Virus record (IMG/VR): IMGVR_UViG_3300050019_000387
Source: an uncultured virus (IMG/VR IMGVR_UViG_3300050019_000387)
Lineage: Duplodnaviria > Heunggongvirae > Uroviricota > Caudoviricetes
Length of the DNA: 64,000 bases
Strand: one strand, 5' to 3'
Below, one piece after another: positions 9,928 to 19,315 of the stretch (its first letter is position 1; each line of letters begins with the position of its first letter). Below the pieces are notes generated by a model, which was not told the DNA's origin, did not search any database, and saw only the letters and a program-made list of their open reading frames with translations. The position numbers were made by a program, and so were the translations under genes.

Positions 9928-10418
9928 TCAGTCGTCTGCGGGGCTGCCGGGCGCGCGTGACCAGTCGCCCGCGATGAGCGCGTCGATCACATCGCGGAGC
10001 GCGTCGGCCGCGTCGGACTCGAACTCTTCCTCCCAGTAGCCGACTACTGCGCCGTTCGGCTCGCAGACCCGCACGCTCTCGATAGCTTCCGGCGGCGCGT
10101 CGAAGCGGATCGTGTTGCCGTTGGGGCGACTGCGATCGCGCACTCGTGCCACTCCTGTTCTTCGTGTTCTTCGGGTTGTGGCAAGCCGGGCGTCTCCGGC
10201 AGGCCGGGGATCAGCGCCTCGGCGAGCCGCGTCAGCTCCGCTCCCGGGTTGGCTTGCAGCGCGTCGGCGTCGAGGCGGTGGATCTCGACGCCGTCGACGG
10301 CGATCGCGACCCACGTGCACAGTTGCGGCTGGGCGGGACACGTCAGCGTTCGTCCGCCCTCAAAGACGACCGCGAACGGTGGTTGGGACTCGTCGGGCGT
10401 CGCGTCGGATTGGGTCAT
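9928..10418 (-). pseudogene. Frameshifted paralog of 9093-9848 (1 nt missing in a C-run near 10123-10126)
   Basis: Adding one C gives ECAIAVAPNGNTIRFD, collinear with the paralog's ECAVADYDSGRTIRFD. Confidence 0.8.
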
Positions 10419-10478
10419 CCGCTGTCCTCCTCATGTTGGGCCCGCGAGCTCGCGCGCATTGATCGGACTTCCGATGGG

Positions 10479-10924
10479 TCAGGTGCTCGCGCCTTCTGCG
10501 CGCGATCGCGCCCACTCGCGCGCTTCGGTCTTTCGGTCGCGGTACCAGGGCCCGTCGACGCGCTGCCAGCCGCTCGCGCCCAGGCGGGCGGCGATTCGGC
10601 CGGTTGAGCTGCCGGGGTCGATGGGCGCCTCGATCCAGCACGCGAAGCCGAGGCGGTGCAACCGCCTGCGACAGATCGCACAGTCGCTGGTGATCGGGCC
10701 GCCGGGGTCGCGGTGGCGCTCGCCCCGGTGTGCGCGCGCCGCAACAGCTCGGCGAGCCATCCGGCGCCCGCGCCCAGCGCCGCGGCGGCGACGCGGACGC
10801 GTTCAAGCCGGTTCTCGTCGTCGTCGCTGCTGGTGGTGGCGTTTGGGCAGCGGAAGGCGGGTTGCAGGCCGTAGCAGTAGCGGCGCCCGTCCTCTCCCTT
10901 GAAGTAGCGGCCGCGGTTCTTCAT
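10479..10924 (-). pseudogene. Hypothetical Cys/His-containing protein, apparent 2-nt frameshift near 10728-10738
   Basis: MKNRGRYFKGEDGRRYCYG...LLRRAH continues in another frame as RGERHRDPGGPITSDCAICRRR; shift lies in a GC/AC dinucleotide run. Confidence 0.55.
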
Positions 10925-10931
10925 CCGCCGG

Positions 10932-11141
10932 TCACTTCTCGATCGTGGGCCAGCGGTCGCGCTCTGCGCGGACTTCGGTGTCACTGACGCCGGCGTGCAG
11001 AGCGTTGTGCCCGCTCTTGGCGAGCGTCGCCATCGACTCGATCGCCGCTTCCCGCGACACGGGTCGGCCGGCGCGGTCGCGGCCGGTGAGCCAGTCGTAG
11101 AGGCGGTTGACCGCGTTCGCCTCGGTGATGTTCAAAGCCAT
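10932..11141 (-). CDS. Small hypothetical protein
   Basis: ATG at 11141 with AAGGGAG RBS (MALNITEANAVNRLYDWL). Confidence 0.7.
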   Translation of the reverse strand: MALNITEANAVNRLYDWLTGRDRAGRPVSREAAIESMATLAKSGHNALHAGVSDTEVRAERDRWPTIEK

Positions 11142-11236
11142 CTGTTCTCCCTTCCTGGTGAAGCGGCCGTCTCGCGGCCGCGGTCGTGATCGGGCCCCTG
11201 GTATGGGCGCCGTGCGTGCGCGCCGCTGCTCTGCGG

Positions 11237-11779
11237 TCAGCGGAACGCGGCGGCCAGGGTCTGCTTGTCGAGGCCGAGCGCGGCGAGGACGGGGACGATC
11301 GCGGGGTCTGTTTTCGTGTCCAGGCACGTCCGCGCCAGGGCGGTGAGCGCGACGGTGAGCGCGGTCGACCTGTTGGGGTGCGACTCGACGTATTCGCCGA
11401 TCAGCGCGCGCAGCGTCGGGGAGGGTTCGCCGGGCGTGCGGTGGCGGACGGTCGCTTCGAACGCGCCGGTCGGTTCGATGCGCTCGAACCCGATCGCGAG
11501 CACGCGGTACGTGCTGCTGCCCCAGGCGATGAGGTCGCCGCAGCTGAGGCTCGGGAGCCGGTAGTCGAGGTCTTCGAGGCGCCGGGCGTCGGCGTCGTCG
11601 ACGAGCTGGAAGGCGCGGAAGAGCGTCTCGTTGACTGCGTTGGCGTTCGCGCTGGCGGCCGGCGTGTCGTCGGGCAGCTCGATCGGGACATGGCCCTGCC
11701 AGCTGATGCCGTACGGCTCGCCTCCGGCGATGGTCGCCAGCAGGCTGACGATCGAGACGTTCAGGGTCTTTCGGAACAT
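11237..11779 (-). CDS. Protein with YodL-like domain
   Basis: ETLFRAFQ...LPSLSCGDLI...YRVLAIGFERI resembles the YodL SLSVxDxx...YxVxxxGF pattern; ATG at 11779 with RBS. Confidence 0.55.
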   Translation of the reverse strand: MFRKTLNVSIVSLLATIAGGEPYGISWQGHVPIELPDDTPAASANANAVNETLFRAFQLVDDADARRLEDLDYRLPSLSCGDLIAWGSSTYRVLAIGFERIEPTGAFEATVRHRTPGEPSPTLRALIGEYVESHPNRSTALTVALTALARTCLDTKTDPAIVPVLAALGLDKQTLAAAFR

Positions 11780-11853
11780 TGCGTGTCCTTTCTGCTGGCG
11801 TCCAGGCCGGCAAGGGTGAGCGCTGCGTGGATTTGCGGGTGCGCCGCGCGGCG

Positions 11854-12357
11854 TCAGCCGGCGGCGCTGCTGTCCCGCGCAGCGGGGGTGAGCTGCAGGC
11901 CGTGGCGGGCGGCGAGCTCGCGCGCCTGCGCGACCTCGACTTCGGCGCGCTGGCGGCGTGAGCGCTCGAACACCATTTCGCGGTGCTCGGCGACGAGCTG
12001 TGCTAGGCGGTCCCACACCTCGAGGTGGGTCATGCCGTCGCGGTAGACCTTGACTGGCCCGTATCCGGCGTCCGGGGCGAGCCCACGGCCCGTCTCGTGG
12101 CGGGCGTTGAGCAGGTCCGCGGGGTCCTGGTAGAGGTGGCGGAACGTCTGCAGGTCGTAGTGGGCGATGTACCCGGCGTGCATCCGCAGGTAGTCGTAGA
12201 GCGCGGCGGTGATATGGCTAGCACGGCCGCTGGACAGGTACCGTTCGAAGGCGGCAACGACGCGCTGGCCGTGGTAGTTGCTCGCGTAGGCGTCCTTGTC
12301 TTGCCGGTTGAGTTCTTCCATCCGCTGGCGCTGGCGCGCGTTCGCGGTGATGCTCAT
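11854..12357 (-). CDS. Hypothetical protein
   Basis: 167 aa, GAAAGGA RBS; ALYDYL..HAGYIAHYD motif. Confidence 0.75.
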   Translation of the reverse strand: MSITANARQRQRMEELNRQDKDAYASNYHGQRVVAAFERYLSSGRASHITAALYDYLRMHAGYIAHYDLQTFRHLYQDPADLLNARHETGRGLAPDAGYGPVKVYRDGMTHLEVWDRLAQLVAEHREMVFERSRRQRAEVEVAQARELAARHGLQLTPAARDSSAAG

Positions 12358-12415
12358 CTGAGGGTCCTTTCGGTCTTGGCGGCCAACTCGCCGCCGGTTC
12401 GGGCCCTCCCCGCAG

Positions 12416-13252
12416 TTAGACGGGGAGGCGGGTCTGCCAGTGGACGGGGCGCTCGCGGACGCGCTCGATGGCGCGAAGGCCGCGCGGCAGGTTCGCCCTG
12501 CGCCACGTCACCCATCCGGTGCCGTCGACGCTGGTGCAGCCGATCGACATGGCGTACTGGATGCGCTTCTCGCTGTTGACGCGACCCATGTGCGCGTAGA
12601 GGCCGCGTGCACGGGCTTCGCGGACGAGGCGGGCGGCTTCGGGGCCGAGCTTCCACTCATCCGATCCGCCGACGAACACGGCGGTGAGACCGGGCGCGTC
12701 CCAGGGGATCATGCCGGGCTGCTCGCTGCCGTCTTGAAGGACGAACGCGAGCGGCAGATGCGAGATCCATGTGTGCCAGAGCGCGAAGCGCTCCAACGTC
12801 GCCTCAGCGTCACCGCGTGGCCCGCAGCGCTGGCCGCGACGCTCTTTGGGACAGTGCTCCTCGGCGCCGCACGCGCAGCGCACGACGTCGGGGACGGCCA
12901 CCCACAAGAGGTTCGGCGGGACGGCCGGGAGCTGCTCGGTTGGCCGCTCTTGCCAGTAGCGCTCGAGGACGGTGCCGTCGTGCGCGATCACTTCGGTCGG
13001 CATGTCCCACAGGACAGGGCAGGCCTTGTAGAGGCGGGCGAGCTCGGAGGGCAGGGGGAGCAGTTGCGCGAACAGGCGCGCGATCGCTTCGGGGCGATAT
13101 CCGCCGAAACAATCGTTATCTACTGCTACAGGCCACCCGTCCGAAATTGTCTCGTGGAGCCTTGGGAAGTGGCGTGGTGTGAGCAGCCGGCCGAGGTTTG
13201 GGTGCGCGTATTCGCGCATTTGTGGGAGCGCCTGCGTAGCGAGCAGGAGCAT
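12416..13252 (-). CDS. TGT-fold (queuine/archaeosine tRNA-ribosyltransferase-like, DpdA-like) base-exchange enzyme
   Basis: VAVDNDCF, VAVPDVV...GDAEATL, FVLQDG, VFVGGSDEWK, AHMGRVNS, GCTSVDGT in the order of TGT/DpdA-type motifs. Confidence 0.65.
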   Translation of the reverse strand: MLLLATQALPQMREYAHPNLGRLLTPRHFPRLHETISDGWPVAVDNDCFGGYRPEAIARLFAQLLPLPSELARLYKACPVLWDMPTEVIAHDGTVLERYWQERPTEQLPAVPPNLLWVAVPDVVRCACGAEEHCPKERRGQRCGPRGDAEATLERFALWHTWISHLPLAFVLQDGSEQPGMIPWDAPGLTAVFVGGSDEWKLGPEAARLVREARARGLYAHMGRVNSEKRIQYAMSIGCTSVDGTGWVTWRRANLPRGLRAIERVRERPVHWQTRLPV

Positions 13253-13328
13253 GCGGATGCCTCCTTTCGGCGGCGGTTTGGTGCCGCATCAGCAGCCGGG
13301 CGCGCGGCCCGGCTCCGGGTGGTTCGCG

Positions 13329-14963
13329 TCAGGCGGCGGGCTTTGTCAGCGAGAGCGTCACGGTGTGGGTGCTCGTGCCGGACGCCTTGAAGGCCTTGGG
13401 CGGGTTCTCGGTGATCGACCCGCCGTTTCGCTCGATCAGCTCGCGCAGCGCTTGAGTGCGTTTGTCGGTGCGGAACGCGACGCCGGCGGAGGCGATCGCG
13501 GCGAGGCGGCCGCCGGGCGCGAGCAGCTCGTAGGCGCGCGTCACGTGCGCGACGTCCTGCTGTTGCTCGAACGGCGGGTTCATCACGATCCGATCGAAGC
13601 GCTCGGGCAGCTTGGTCGTCGTGAGGAAGTCGTCGCAGATCAGTTGCGGCGGCCGGTAGCCGGCGCGCTCGAGCGCCTGGTGGTGCGTGGGGTCGCGCTC
13701 GCACAGGTAGAGCCGCTCAGCGGGCACCACCTGTGCGAGCAGGTCGGCGATCGCGCCACGGCCGGCGGACGGCTCGAGCACGAGGTGCTCAGCGCGGACG
13801 TCGGCGAGCTCGATCAACTGCTCGGCGAGCGGGCGTGGCGTCGGGAAGTACCCGGTCAGCATGAGCTCGAGCACCTTGCCGTCGACGATCGCGGCGAGTT
13901 CGTCGCTGATCGGCTGGGCGGGCGGGAAGACGTGCCCGCCACGGTGTCGGTTCCACTTGCCGCCGAGCGTGGTGAGGACCTTGTTGACCGCCTCGTACAA
14001 GGGCCGCTCGAGCTGGTCGGGGAGCACGACGAGGCCGTCGGTGACCTCCGTGCGCGCCAGGACCTCGACGACGGCGTCCTCGACTTTCGAGCGGCGCACC
14101 GGCGCGCCGTCGTTCACCGCCGGCGCGGTCTCGTTCACCGGCGCCGCGGCGCCCGGCTCTACCGTGAAAAGCGCCTGCTGCACAGGGAGCGGGGCGGGCC
14201 CGCCGTTCGCGTCGGCGCTGGCGCTTGCTCGGGCCGGGGAGTCTTTGAGTTGCGCAGCGGCGCGGCGCGCCTCGTCACTGTCGCGTGGCGGCTCGACGCT
14301 GCGGCGCCCGTTCCCCCATAAGCGAGTGACGGCGCCGAGCGCGTCGATGCTCGCCTTGATCCCTGGTCCCCGCTCGGCCGGTTCGACCTCGATCACGCCG
14401 TCCTCGAGGCGGCGCACGTATGGGCTGTGCCCGCCTTCGCGGAGCGACTGGCAGGTCTCCTCGACGCGCTCGTCGCGTTGCGCGTAAGGGTAGGGCGGGA
14501 GCGTGTCCGCCTCGACGTAGGCGAGCCAGTGCTCGCCGATGATCTTCCCGTGGCTGGCGATGACGAGCACACGGCCGGTCTGCTCGTGGCCGATGGCCTT
14601 GAAGTGCAGGTGGTCGTCGCGGGTGACGATCCGTGAGCGGAGCACGGTGAGCGTGGCCTTGGTGGGGATCGCGGCGATCGCGCGGTGCGCCGGGCCGCCG
14701 AGTTGGCTGAGGTCGAGCGTGCAGTAAGGGCCGACCTCGTTGCCGGCCAGCAGCCGCCCGGCAGGGGCGCGGCTTGCGCCAGCATCCGGGCGGCGCGCAG
14801 CGGTTCCGTCCACGATGTCCCACTCGCCGAGGTAGTCGATTACCTCGGCGAAGTCGCGGGTCGCGAGCGCCACCGGGCGGGGCATCCCGTCGTGCTCGTC
14901 GGCTTGTGTGGTGGTTGTGTTGGTGTCATGCGTGCCGCGCTCGCGCGGGGTCGCGGTGATCAT
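13329..14963 (-). CDS. SAM-dependent DNA amino-methyltransferase (NPPF) with long N-terminal region
   Basis: YFPTP, VLEPSAGRGAIA, DFL, FDRIVMNPPF, LAPGGRLAAI, FKASGT. Confidence 0.85.
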   Translation of the reverse strand: MITATPRERGTHDTNTTTTQADEHDGMPRPVALATRDFAEVIDYLGEWDIVDGTAARRPDAGASRAPAGRLLAGNEVGPYCTLDLSQLGGPAHRAIAAIPTKATLTVLRSRIVTRDDHLHFKAIGHEQTGRVLVIASHGKIIGEHWLAYVEADTLPPYPYAQRDERVEETCQSLREGGHSPYVRRLEDGVIEVEPAERGPGIKASIDALGAVTRLWGNGRRSVEPPRDSDEARRAAAQLKDSPARASASADANGGPAPLPVQQALFTVEPGAAAPVNETAPAVNDGAPVRRSKVEDAVVEVLARTEVTDGLVVLPDQLERPLYEAVNKVLTTLGGKWNRHRGGHVFPPAQPISDELAAIVDGKVLELMLTGYFPTPRPLAEQLIELADVRAEHLVLEPSAGRGAIADLLAQVVPAERLYLCERDPTHHQALERAGYRPPQLICDDFLTTTKLPERFDRIVMNPPFEQQQDVAHVTRAYELLAPGGRLAAIASAGVAFRTDKRTQALRELIERNGGSITENPPKAFKASGTSTHTVTLSLTKPAA

Positions 14964-15060
14964 GGGTCGTTCCTTTGGTGCATAGCGGTCCCTTTTGGGT
15001 AGGCGGATCGGGCGCCCGCGTGTGGGCGACGCCCCTGGTCTGCTCGCTGCTTGCGGTCGT

Positions 15061-15546
15061 TCAGCCGGGAAGGCAGACGACCGCGGCGTTGACGCGTGCG
15101 TCGCCGGGGTCGACCCCGGCCTCGTGGACGGCAGCGTTTAGCTGCGCGAGGGTGCAGCTTTCGACGCGGCCGCTTCCGCGCAGAGCCGTGACGCGCCGCT
15201 GCTGAGCGAGCTTGCACAGTTCCTTTACGGTCTCCGACGCCTGGTCTGAGAGGTCGCGCTCGAGCCGGGCGGCGAGCTCGTCGAGCTCTTTGGCCAGTTC
15301 GCTGCAGTCGGGGTCGTTGAGGTCTTGGAAGTCGACGACAGCGACGTTCCCGCAGACGACGTCGACGCCGGCGTCGCTGACGGTGACGAGCGCGATGTAC
15401 GGGGTGTCGGGGATCTCCGTGCCGTCGGCGATCGCCTTCAGCGTCTCGTATGCGCTTGCGCGCAGTCCTTCGCGGCGGCCGTCGCTGCCGCGCAGGACGC
15501 ACAGCAGCTCCCCGGCCTCCGCGGGGCTCAGTTGTTTGGCGGGCAC
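15061..15546 (-). CDS. Hypothetical protein
   Basis: 161 aa, GTG with AAAGGAG RBS. Confidence 0.7.
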   Translation of the reverse strand: MPAKQLSPAEAGELLCVLRGSDGRREGLRASAYETLKAIADGTEIPDTPYIALVTVSDAGVDVVCGNVAVVDFQDLNDPDCSELAKELDELAARLERDLSDQASETVKELCKLAQQRRVTALRGSGRVESCTLAQLNAAVHEAGVDPGDARVNAAVVCLPG

Positions 15547-15603
15547 ATGCCCTCCTTTCGATTGGTGACGCCGCGCCTCGGCGCGGCACGATCAGACGCG
15601 GGT

Positions 15604-16845
15604 TCAGCGGCTGGCGCGCATCGCGAACGGGCACTGCGCGGTGCCGGTGGGCCCGTGGTCGCAGTTGCGACAGCGCCAGTCTTCGGTCGCCCAGCCCCAC
15701 GGCTGATTGGGCCCGAAGCGCCGGTAGGCAGCCCACAGCAGGCGCGCGGTCTGCGCGATGCGCATGAACGTGGCGCGCAGTTCGCTCGGGGTTCGCCGGG
15801 TGCGCACGATCGAGTGGCCCATGTTCACCCGGCCGTTGGAGCCGGGCTTGAGGATCTGCGCGAAGCGAAAGTCGAACGCGGGATCACCGGCGAGCCAGCG
15901 CTCCCCGAGGTAGATGCTGGCCTGCATGTCATCGCCGGCGCTTGACTCATACCGTGGGCGGCCCGTGACCTTGAAGTCGGCGATGCCAGCGACTTCGCGG
16001 CGAACCGCCTCAACGGTGAGCTGCGACACCGGCACACTGACATCAGGGAGCGCCTTCGGCGCCTTTGGCGCGTCGCCGTCTTCACCGTGCTCGCGCCAAG
16101 ACGCGAGCTGCTCCTCGTAGTCGGCGGCTTCGCGCTCGTACAGCGCGATCGCCTCCCTTGGTTCGAGCTCGACGCGGCCGCGCTTGACGGTCGGCCGCCA
16201 CGCCGCGGGCGCATCCTCGTAGGGCAGCGCGATCACGGGCTCGGGGTAGCCGTGGTCGCGGATCTCGGGGTGCTCGCTGCCGTCGTCCATCAGGTAGACG
16301 GTCTGTTCGCGGATCGTTTCGAGATCGACGGTGCCGATGATCGACCACTCGAGGCGATCGTCGAGCTTGAACTCGAACGGGCGCTGCACGGCGATCGGGC
16401 GTCCGAGGTGCGGCACGATGTGCTCTATCGCCATCTCGACGGCTTGGATGCCGAGCGCGTGGGTTTGCTCCATGTTGCGCTTTGTGCCGAAGCGGACCGG
16501 GCCGTTCCTTGCGGCCTCGTAGGCGAGTTCGCGCTTCCACAGCTCGTTGTAGAGGTCCTTGACAGCATCGACGTCGAGTGTCGTCCCGGCCATCTGCTGG
16601 CGGAAGTAGCCGGAGATAGCGTCGTCGACGCGGCTGCCGAGGAACATGTCCCCGCTCTTGGGGCCCCAAGCACCGAGGATGTATGAGCGGCGGAAGTCGT
16701 CGGGGCACCCGCGGAACTTGGTGATCCCCGAGTAGCTGAGGTGTCGCAGCGGTTCGCCGCGATGGTTTTCCGGCAGCCACGGCGGTATGCGCAGGCTTGA
16801 GAGTGCTGCGCGCGACGCCGGGGGGGCCAGTGTGAGCGTGCTCAC
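15604..16845 (-). CDS. PD-(D/E)XK nuclease, Cas4/AddB-like (copy 2) with internal insertion
   Basis: HLSYSGITKFRGCP, GTVDL...ADFKV, QASIY, CRNC...QCPF; GTG at 16845 with RBS; paralog of 1-981. Confidence 0.85.
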   Translation of the reverse strand: MSTLTLAPPASRAALSSLRIPPWLPENHRGEPLRHLSYSGITKFRGCPDDFRRSYILGAWGPKSGDMFLGSRVDDAISGYFRQQMAGTTLDVDAVKDLYNELWKRELAYEAARNGPVRFGTKRNMEQTHALGIQAVEMAIEHIVPHLGRPIAVQRPFEFKLDDRLEWSIIGTVDLETIREQTVYLMDDGSEHPEIRDHGYPEPVIALPYEDAPAAWRPTVKRGRVELEPREAIALYEREAADYEEQLASWREHGEDGDAPKAPKALPDVSVPVSQLTVEAVRREVAGIADFKVTGRPRYESSAGDDMQASIYLGERWLAGDPAFDFRFAQILKPGSNGRVNMGHSIVRTRRTPSELRATFMRIAQTARLLWAAYRRFGPNQPWGWATEDWRCRNCDHGPTGTAQCPFAMRASR

Positions 16846-16918
16846 ATCTGCTCCTTTCGTTCGTGCGCCCGGCCGCGAGGTTGCGGGCGGGCGCCGGGGG
16901 ATGTCGAGCACCCTCGGG

Positions 16919-17344
16919 CTAGGCGGCGATGCTGTGCCCGGGGTGCTCGTCGCTGTCGATCTCCTCCGCGGGTTGCGGGGGGATCGGTGGCACGGTCGCC
17001 AGGCGCGGGGCGAGCGGATGCTCGGGGCGCCCGTGGCGCTCCCACTCCGCCGAGGCCGCGGTGAGCAACCCCTTCCACAGCTGCTCACGCCAGTCCTGGG
17101 CGCCTTGCCCGCGAGCCTGGGTGATCGCCGCGGCGATCAGCGGGTCGGAGTCAAGCCCGGCGAGGACGAACACCTCGATCGCGCTGTTGACCTTCGCGAT
17201 TTGCTGTTCGTCCGGTACGTCGGTGTCGGTGAGGGTGGGGTTGTCGGCTTGGGCGATCAGGCGAAGCGTCGGCTTTGTGAGGCGGAAGCGCTCGGCGAGC
17301 CGGGCGAGCGTCTCACGTGGCGTCTCGCCGTCCGCGGGGTTCAT
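16919..17344 (-). CDS. Hypothetical helical protein (weakly resembles the C-terminal domains of 1037-2581)
   Basis: ATGA-coupled to the Rad52-like gene. Confidence 0.7.
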   Translation of the reverse strand: MNPADGETPRETLARLAERFRLTKPTLRLIAQADNPTLTDTDVPDEQQIAKVNSAIEVFVLAGLDSDPLIAAAITQARGQGAQDWREQLWKGLLTAASAEWERHGRPEHPLAPRLATVPPIPPQPAEEIDSDEHPGHSIAA

Positions 17345-18174
17345 GCTGCCCACCGCCTCGGCTTTGGGCCGAGCGCGCTGAAGTCGACCTCGATCAGCTC
17401 GGCTCCGTCGTCGTCGAAGTCGCCGGCGGGGTTGGTGGTGGCTTGGCGGCGTGCGGCGGTGCGTGCTTGGAGCCCGCCGGGGCTGACTGCGACCAGCGCT
17501 TGGATCGCGCTGCGCAGCAGCGGGCGTGGCTCAGACTGACGCTCGGCACGGTCGAGGACGTTGGCGGCGAGCGCGGCGAGGCCGCGTGCGCGACCGAGCG
17601 GCACGACCGTGCGGTTCCACGGCGCCGGGGTGTGCTCGAGCGGCGGGCCGTAGCGGTCCTTGAGCCGCTCGATCTGCGCGGCGTAGTGCTCGCGTGCGCG
17701 ATCTTCGAGCGCGCGCGGGAGGATCAATTGGCCGTTGCTCCCGACGAGCACGTGGCCGGGCTGCTCGCCGATCGGGAAGGTGAGCGGGTCGATCGCGGCG
17801 AGGAAGGCGCCGACGCCGATCAACAGCGCGCAGTGCCTGGTGCCGTTGGCGGCCTGCGCGAGCCGGTCGGTGCCCTGCCCGACCGCGGTCAGGGTGCGGT
17901 CGATGACGGTGAGCGAGCACGACAGGCTGCGCGCGTCGAGCACGCTCGGTGTTCCCGGTGACCAGTTGCCGAGACCGAAGACGTAGGTCAGCCGCGCCTC
18001 GACTTGGCGGACGGGGACGAAGAACACGGCGCGAGCTTGGCCGGGGGCGCGTGGTTCGCGGCGTGCGAACACGCCGATCGTCTGCGCGGTGAACGGCGCC
18101 TCGAGGTAGGGGCGCGCATCGCGCACTTGCACAACGGGCAGCCGCGGACGGCTACCCGCAGGTGGTTCGGGCAT
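17341..18174 (-). CDS. Rad52/Rad22-like annealing protein (copy 2, diverged)
   Basis: ARPYLEAPFT vs ALPYLRAPYT in copy 1; FVPVRQVEARLTYVFGLGNWS; IERLKDRYGPPLEH vs LERIERIYGEPLDH; ATG at 18174 with GAAGGAG. Confidence 0.65.
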   Translation of the reverse strand: MPEPPAGSRPRLPVVQVRDARPYLEAPFTAQTIGVFARREPRAPGQARAVFFVPVRQVEARLTYVFGLGNWSPGTPSVLDARSLSCSLTVIDRTLTAVGQGTDRLAQAANGTRHCALLIGVGAFLAAIDPLTFPIGEQPGHVLVGSNGQLILPRALEDRAREHYAAQIERLKDRYGPPLEHTPAPWNRTVVPLGRARGLAALAANVLDRAERQSEPRPLLRSAIQALVAVSPGGLQARTAARRQATTNPAGDFDDDGAELIEVDFSALGPKPRRWAA

Positions 18175-18262
18175 CGTTGTCTCCTTCAGGTTGGGGTGGC
18201 GCGGCCACAGCGGGCCGCGCTCTTGGGTTGGGAGTGGGTGGCCGCGTGGCGCGGCCAGGGTG

Positions 18263-18591
18263 TCACTCCTCGCGGGCCTTGCGCTCGCCGGAGCGGTAGG
18301 CGTCCTCGTCGTCGTAGACGGCGACGCCGAAGTCCCCTTCGCAGTAGTGCGCGTCAACTGCTGGTAGGCGTCGGTTTCGATCGCGGTCGCGAGCAGCTGG
18401 TCGCGGAGTGTGAGCGCCGCCGGCGGGCCGCTGGGCGCTCCCGGGCCGGGGAGTGTGAGCGTCACGCCGCTCGCGGTGCTCACGGCCGCCGGCGGTGGCG
18501 CCGGCGGCGGCGGGGGCTCTTCACCGCCGGCGGCAAGCTGCGGTTCGCCGGCGGCTGCGCTGAGCGCCGACGGCACGGTCGTGGATGCCAT
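18263..18591 (-). pseudogene. Small Pro-rich hypothetical gene with apparent 1-nt deletion near 18355
   Basis: MASTTVPSAL...AYQQ continues in a GC3-rich frame as DAHYCEGDFGVAVYDDEDAYRSGERKAREE*. Confidence 0.55.
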
Positions 18592-18661
18592 GAAGGCTCC
18601 TCTCTTGGTGAGTAGGTGGTTCTGGGCCCTCACTTGGGAGGGCGCGGCGCGGGACGGCGCG

Positions 18662-19279
18662 TCAGTGGCGGCGCTTGGGCGCAGCCGCGGCGATGTCGTC
18701 GCGGCAGCCGAGCGGGATCTTTCGCTGGCGCTGGCCGAAGAGCTCCTCGACGATGCCCCGCGGCGAGCGGGCTGATTGCTCGGGGGTGTGCGCGCCGGGT
18801 AGCGAGTCGGCGCCGTAGCGCCACTCCTGTTGCCATTTGCCGCCGCTTGTGATGTAGATCGCCTCGGGCGCAAGGTAGCGGGCGCGCAGCAAGATGGCGC
18901 ACACGACCGCGTCGTAGGGGCGGCGTTTGGTCTTGCAAAACGCGGTGTCGAACCCGGTCGTGGCGAGTTGCTGTTTGTGCGCCCGCGCCCAGGCGTGTTG
19001 TCCGCGGTCGCCGGTCTTGTTCGCTTCAGCCCAGCCCCGCCACGGTTCGGGATCGAGGACGAAGCTGTCGCTGGCTTCGTGTGCGGCACGGTTGCCGTTG
19101 AGGCAGATCCCGTCGGTCAGGTCGAGCTTCGGGGCGCCGGTGCCGTCGCCGCCGGCGAGGGTGATGTTGATCGTCGCGGCGTGCGCGACGATCAACTGTG
19201 CGTCCGCGAGGACCTGCGGCCAGTGCTCGCGGAACTGAGGGTCCTTCGGGGCGTATTCCCACAGGTGCGTGTAGCCCAT
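18662..19279 (-). CDS. Conserved hypothetical protein (MGYTHxW...FCKTxRxPYD type)
   Basis: ATG at 19279 with GAAAGGA RBS; motif pattern recalled from phage/plasmid hypotheticals. Confidence 0.75.
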   Translation of the reverse strand: MGYTHLWEYAPKDPQFREHWPQVLADAQLIVAHAATINITLAGGDGTGAPKLDLTDGICLNGNRAAHEASDSFVLDPEPWRGWAEANKTGDRGQHAWARAHKQQLATTGFDTAFCKTKRRPYDAVVCAILLRARYLAPEAIYITSGGKWQQEWRYGADSLPGAHTPEQSARSPRGIVEELFGQRQRKIPLGCRDDIAAAAPKRRH

Positions 19280-19315
19280 TTGTGTGTCCTTTCGCTGGAG
19301 TTGGGTGAGGGCCAT

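Noticed and set aside
1..16845. Cas4-like nucleases as evidence of a CRISPR-Cas system
   Set aside because: No repeat-spacer array and no cas1/cas2 or effector genes; the context is recombination
17341..19089. 582-aa ORF in the track
   Set aside because: It strings together an overlap of the 18662 gene, a frameshifted small gene and the Rad52-like gene, which has its own RBS at 18174
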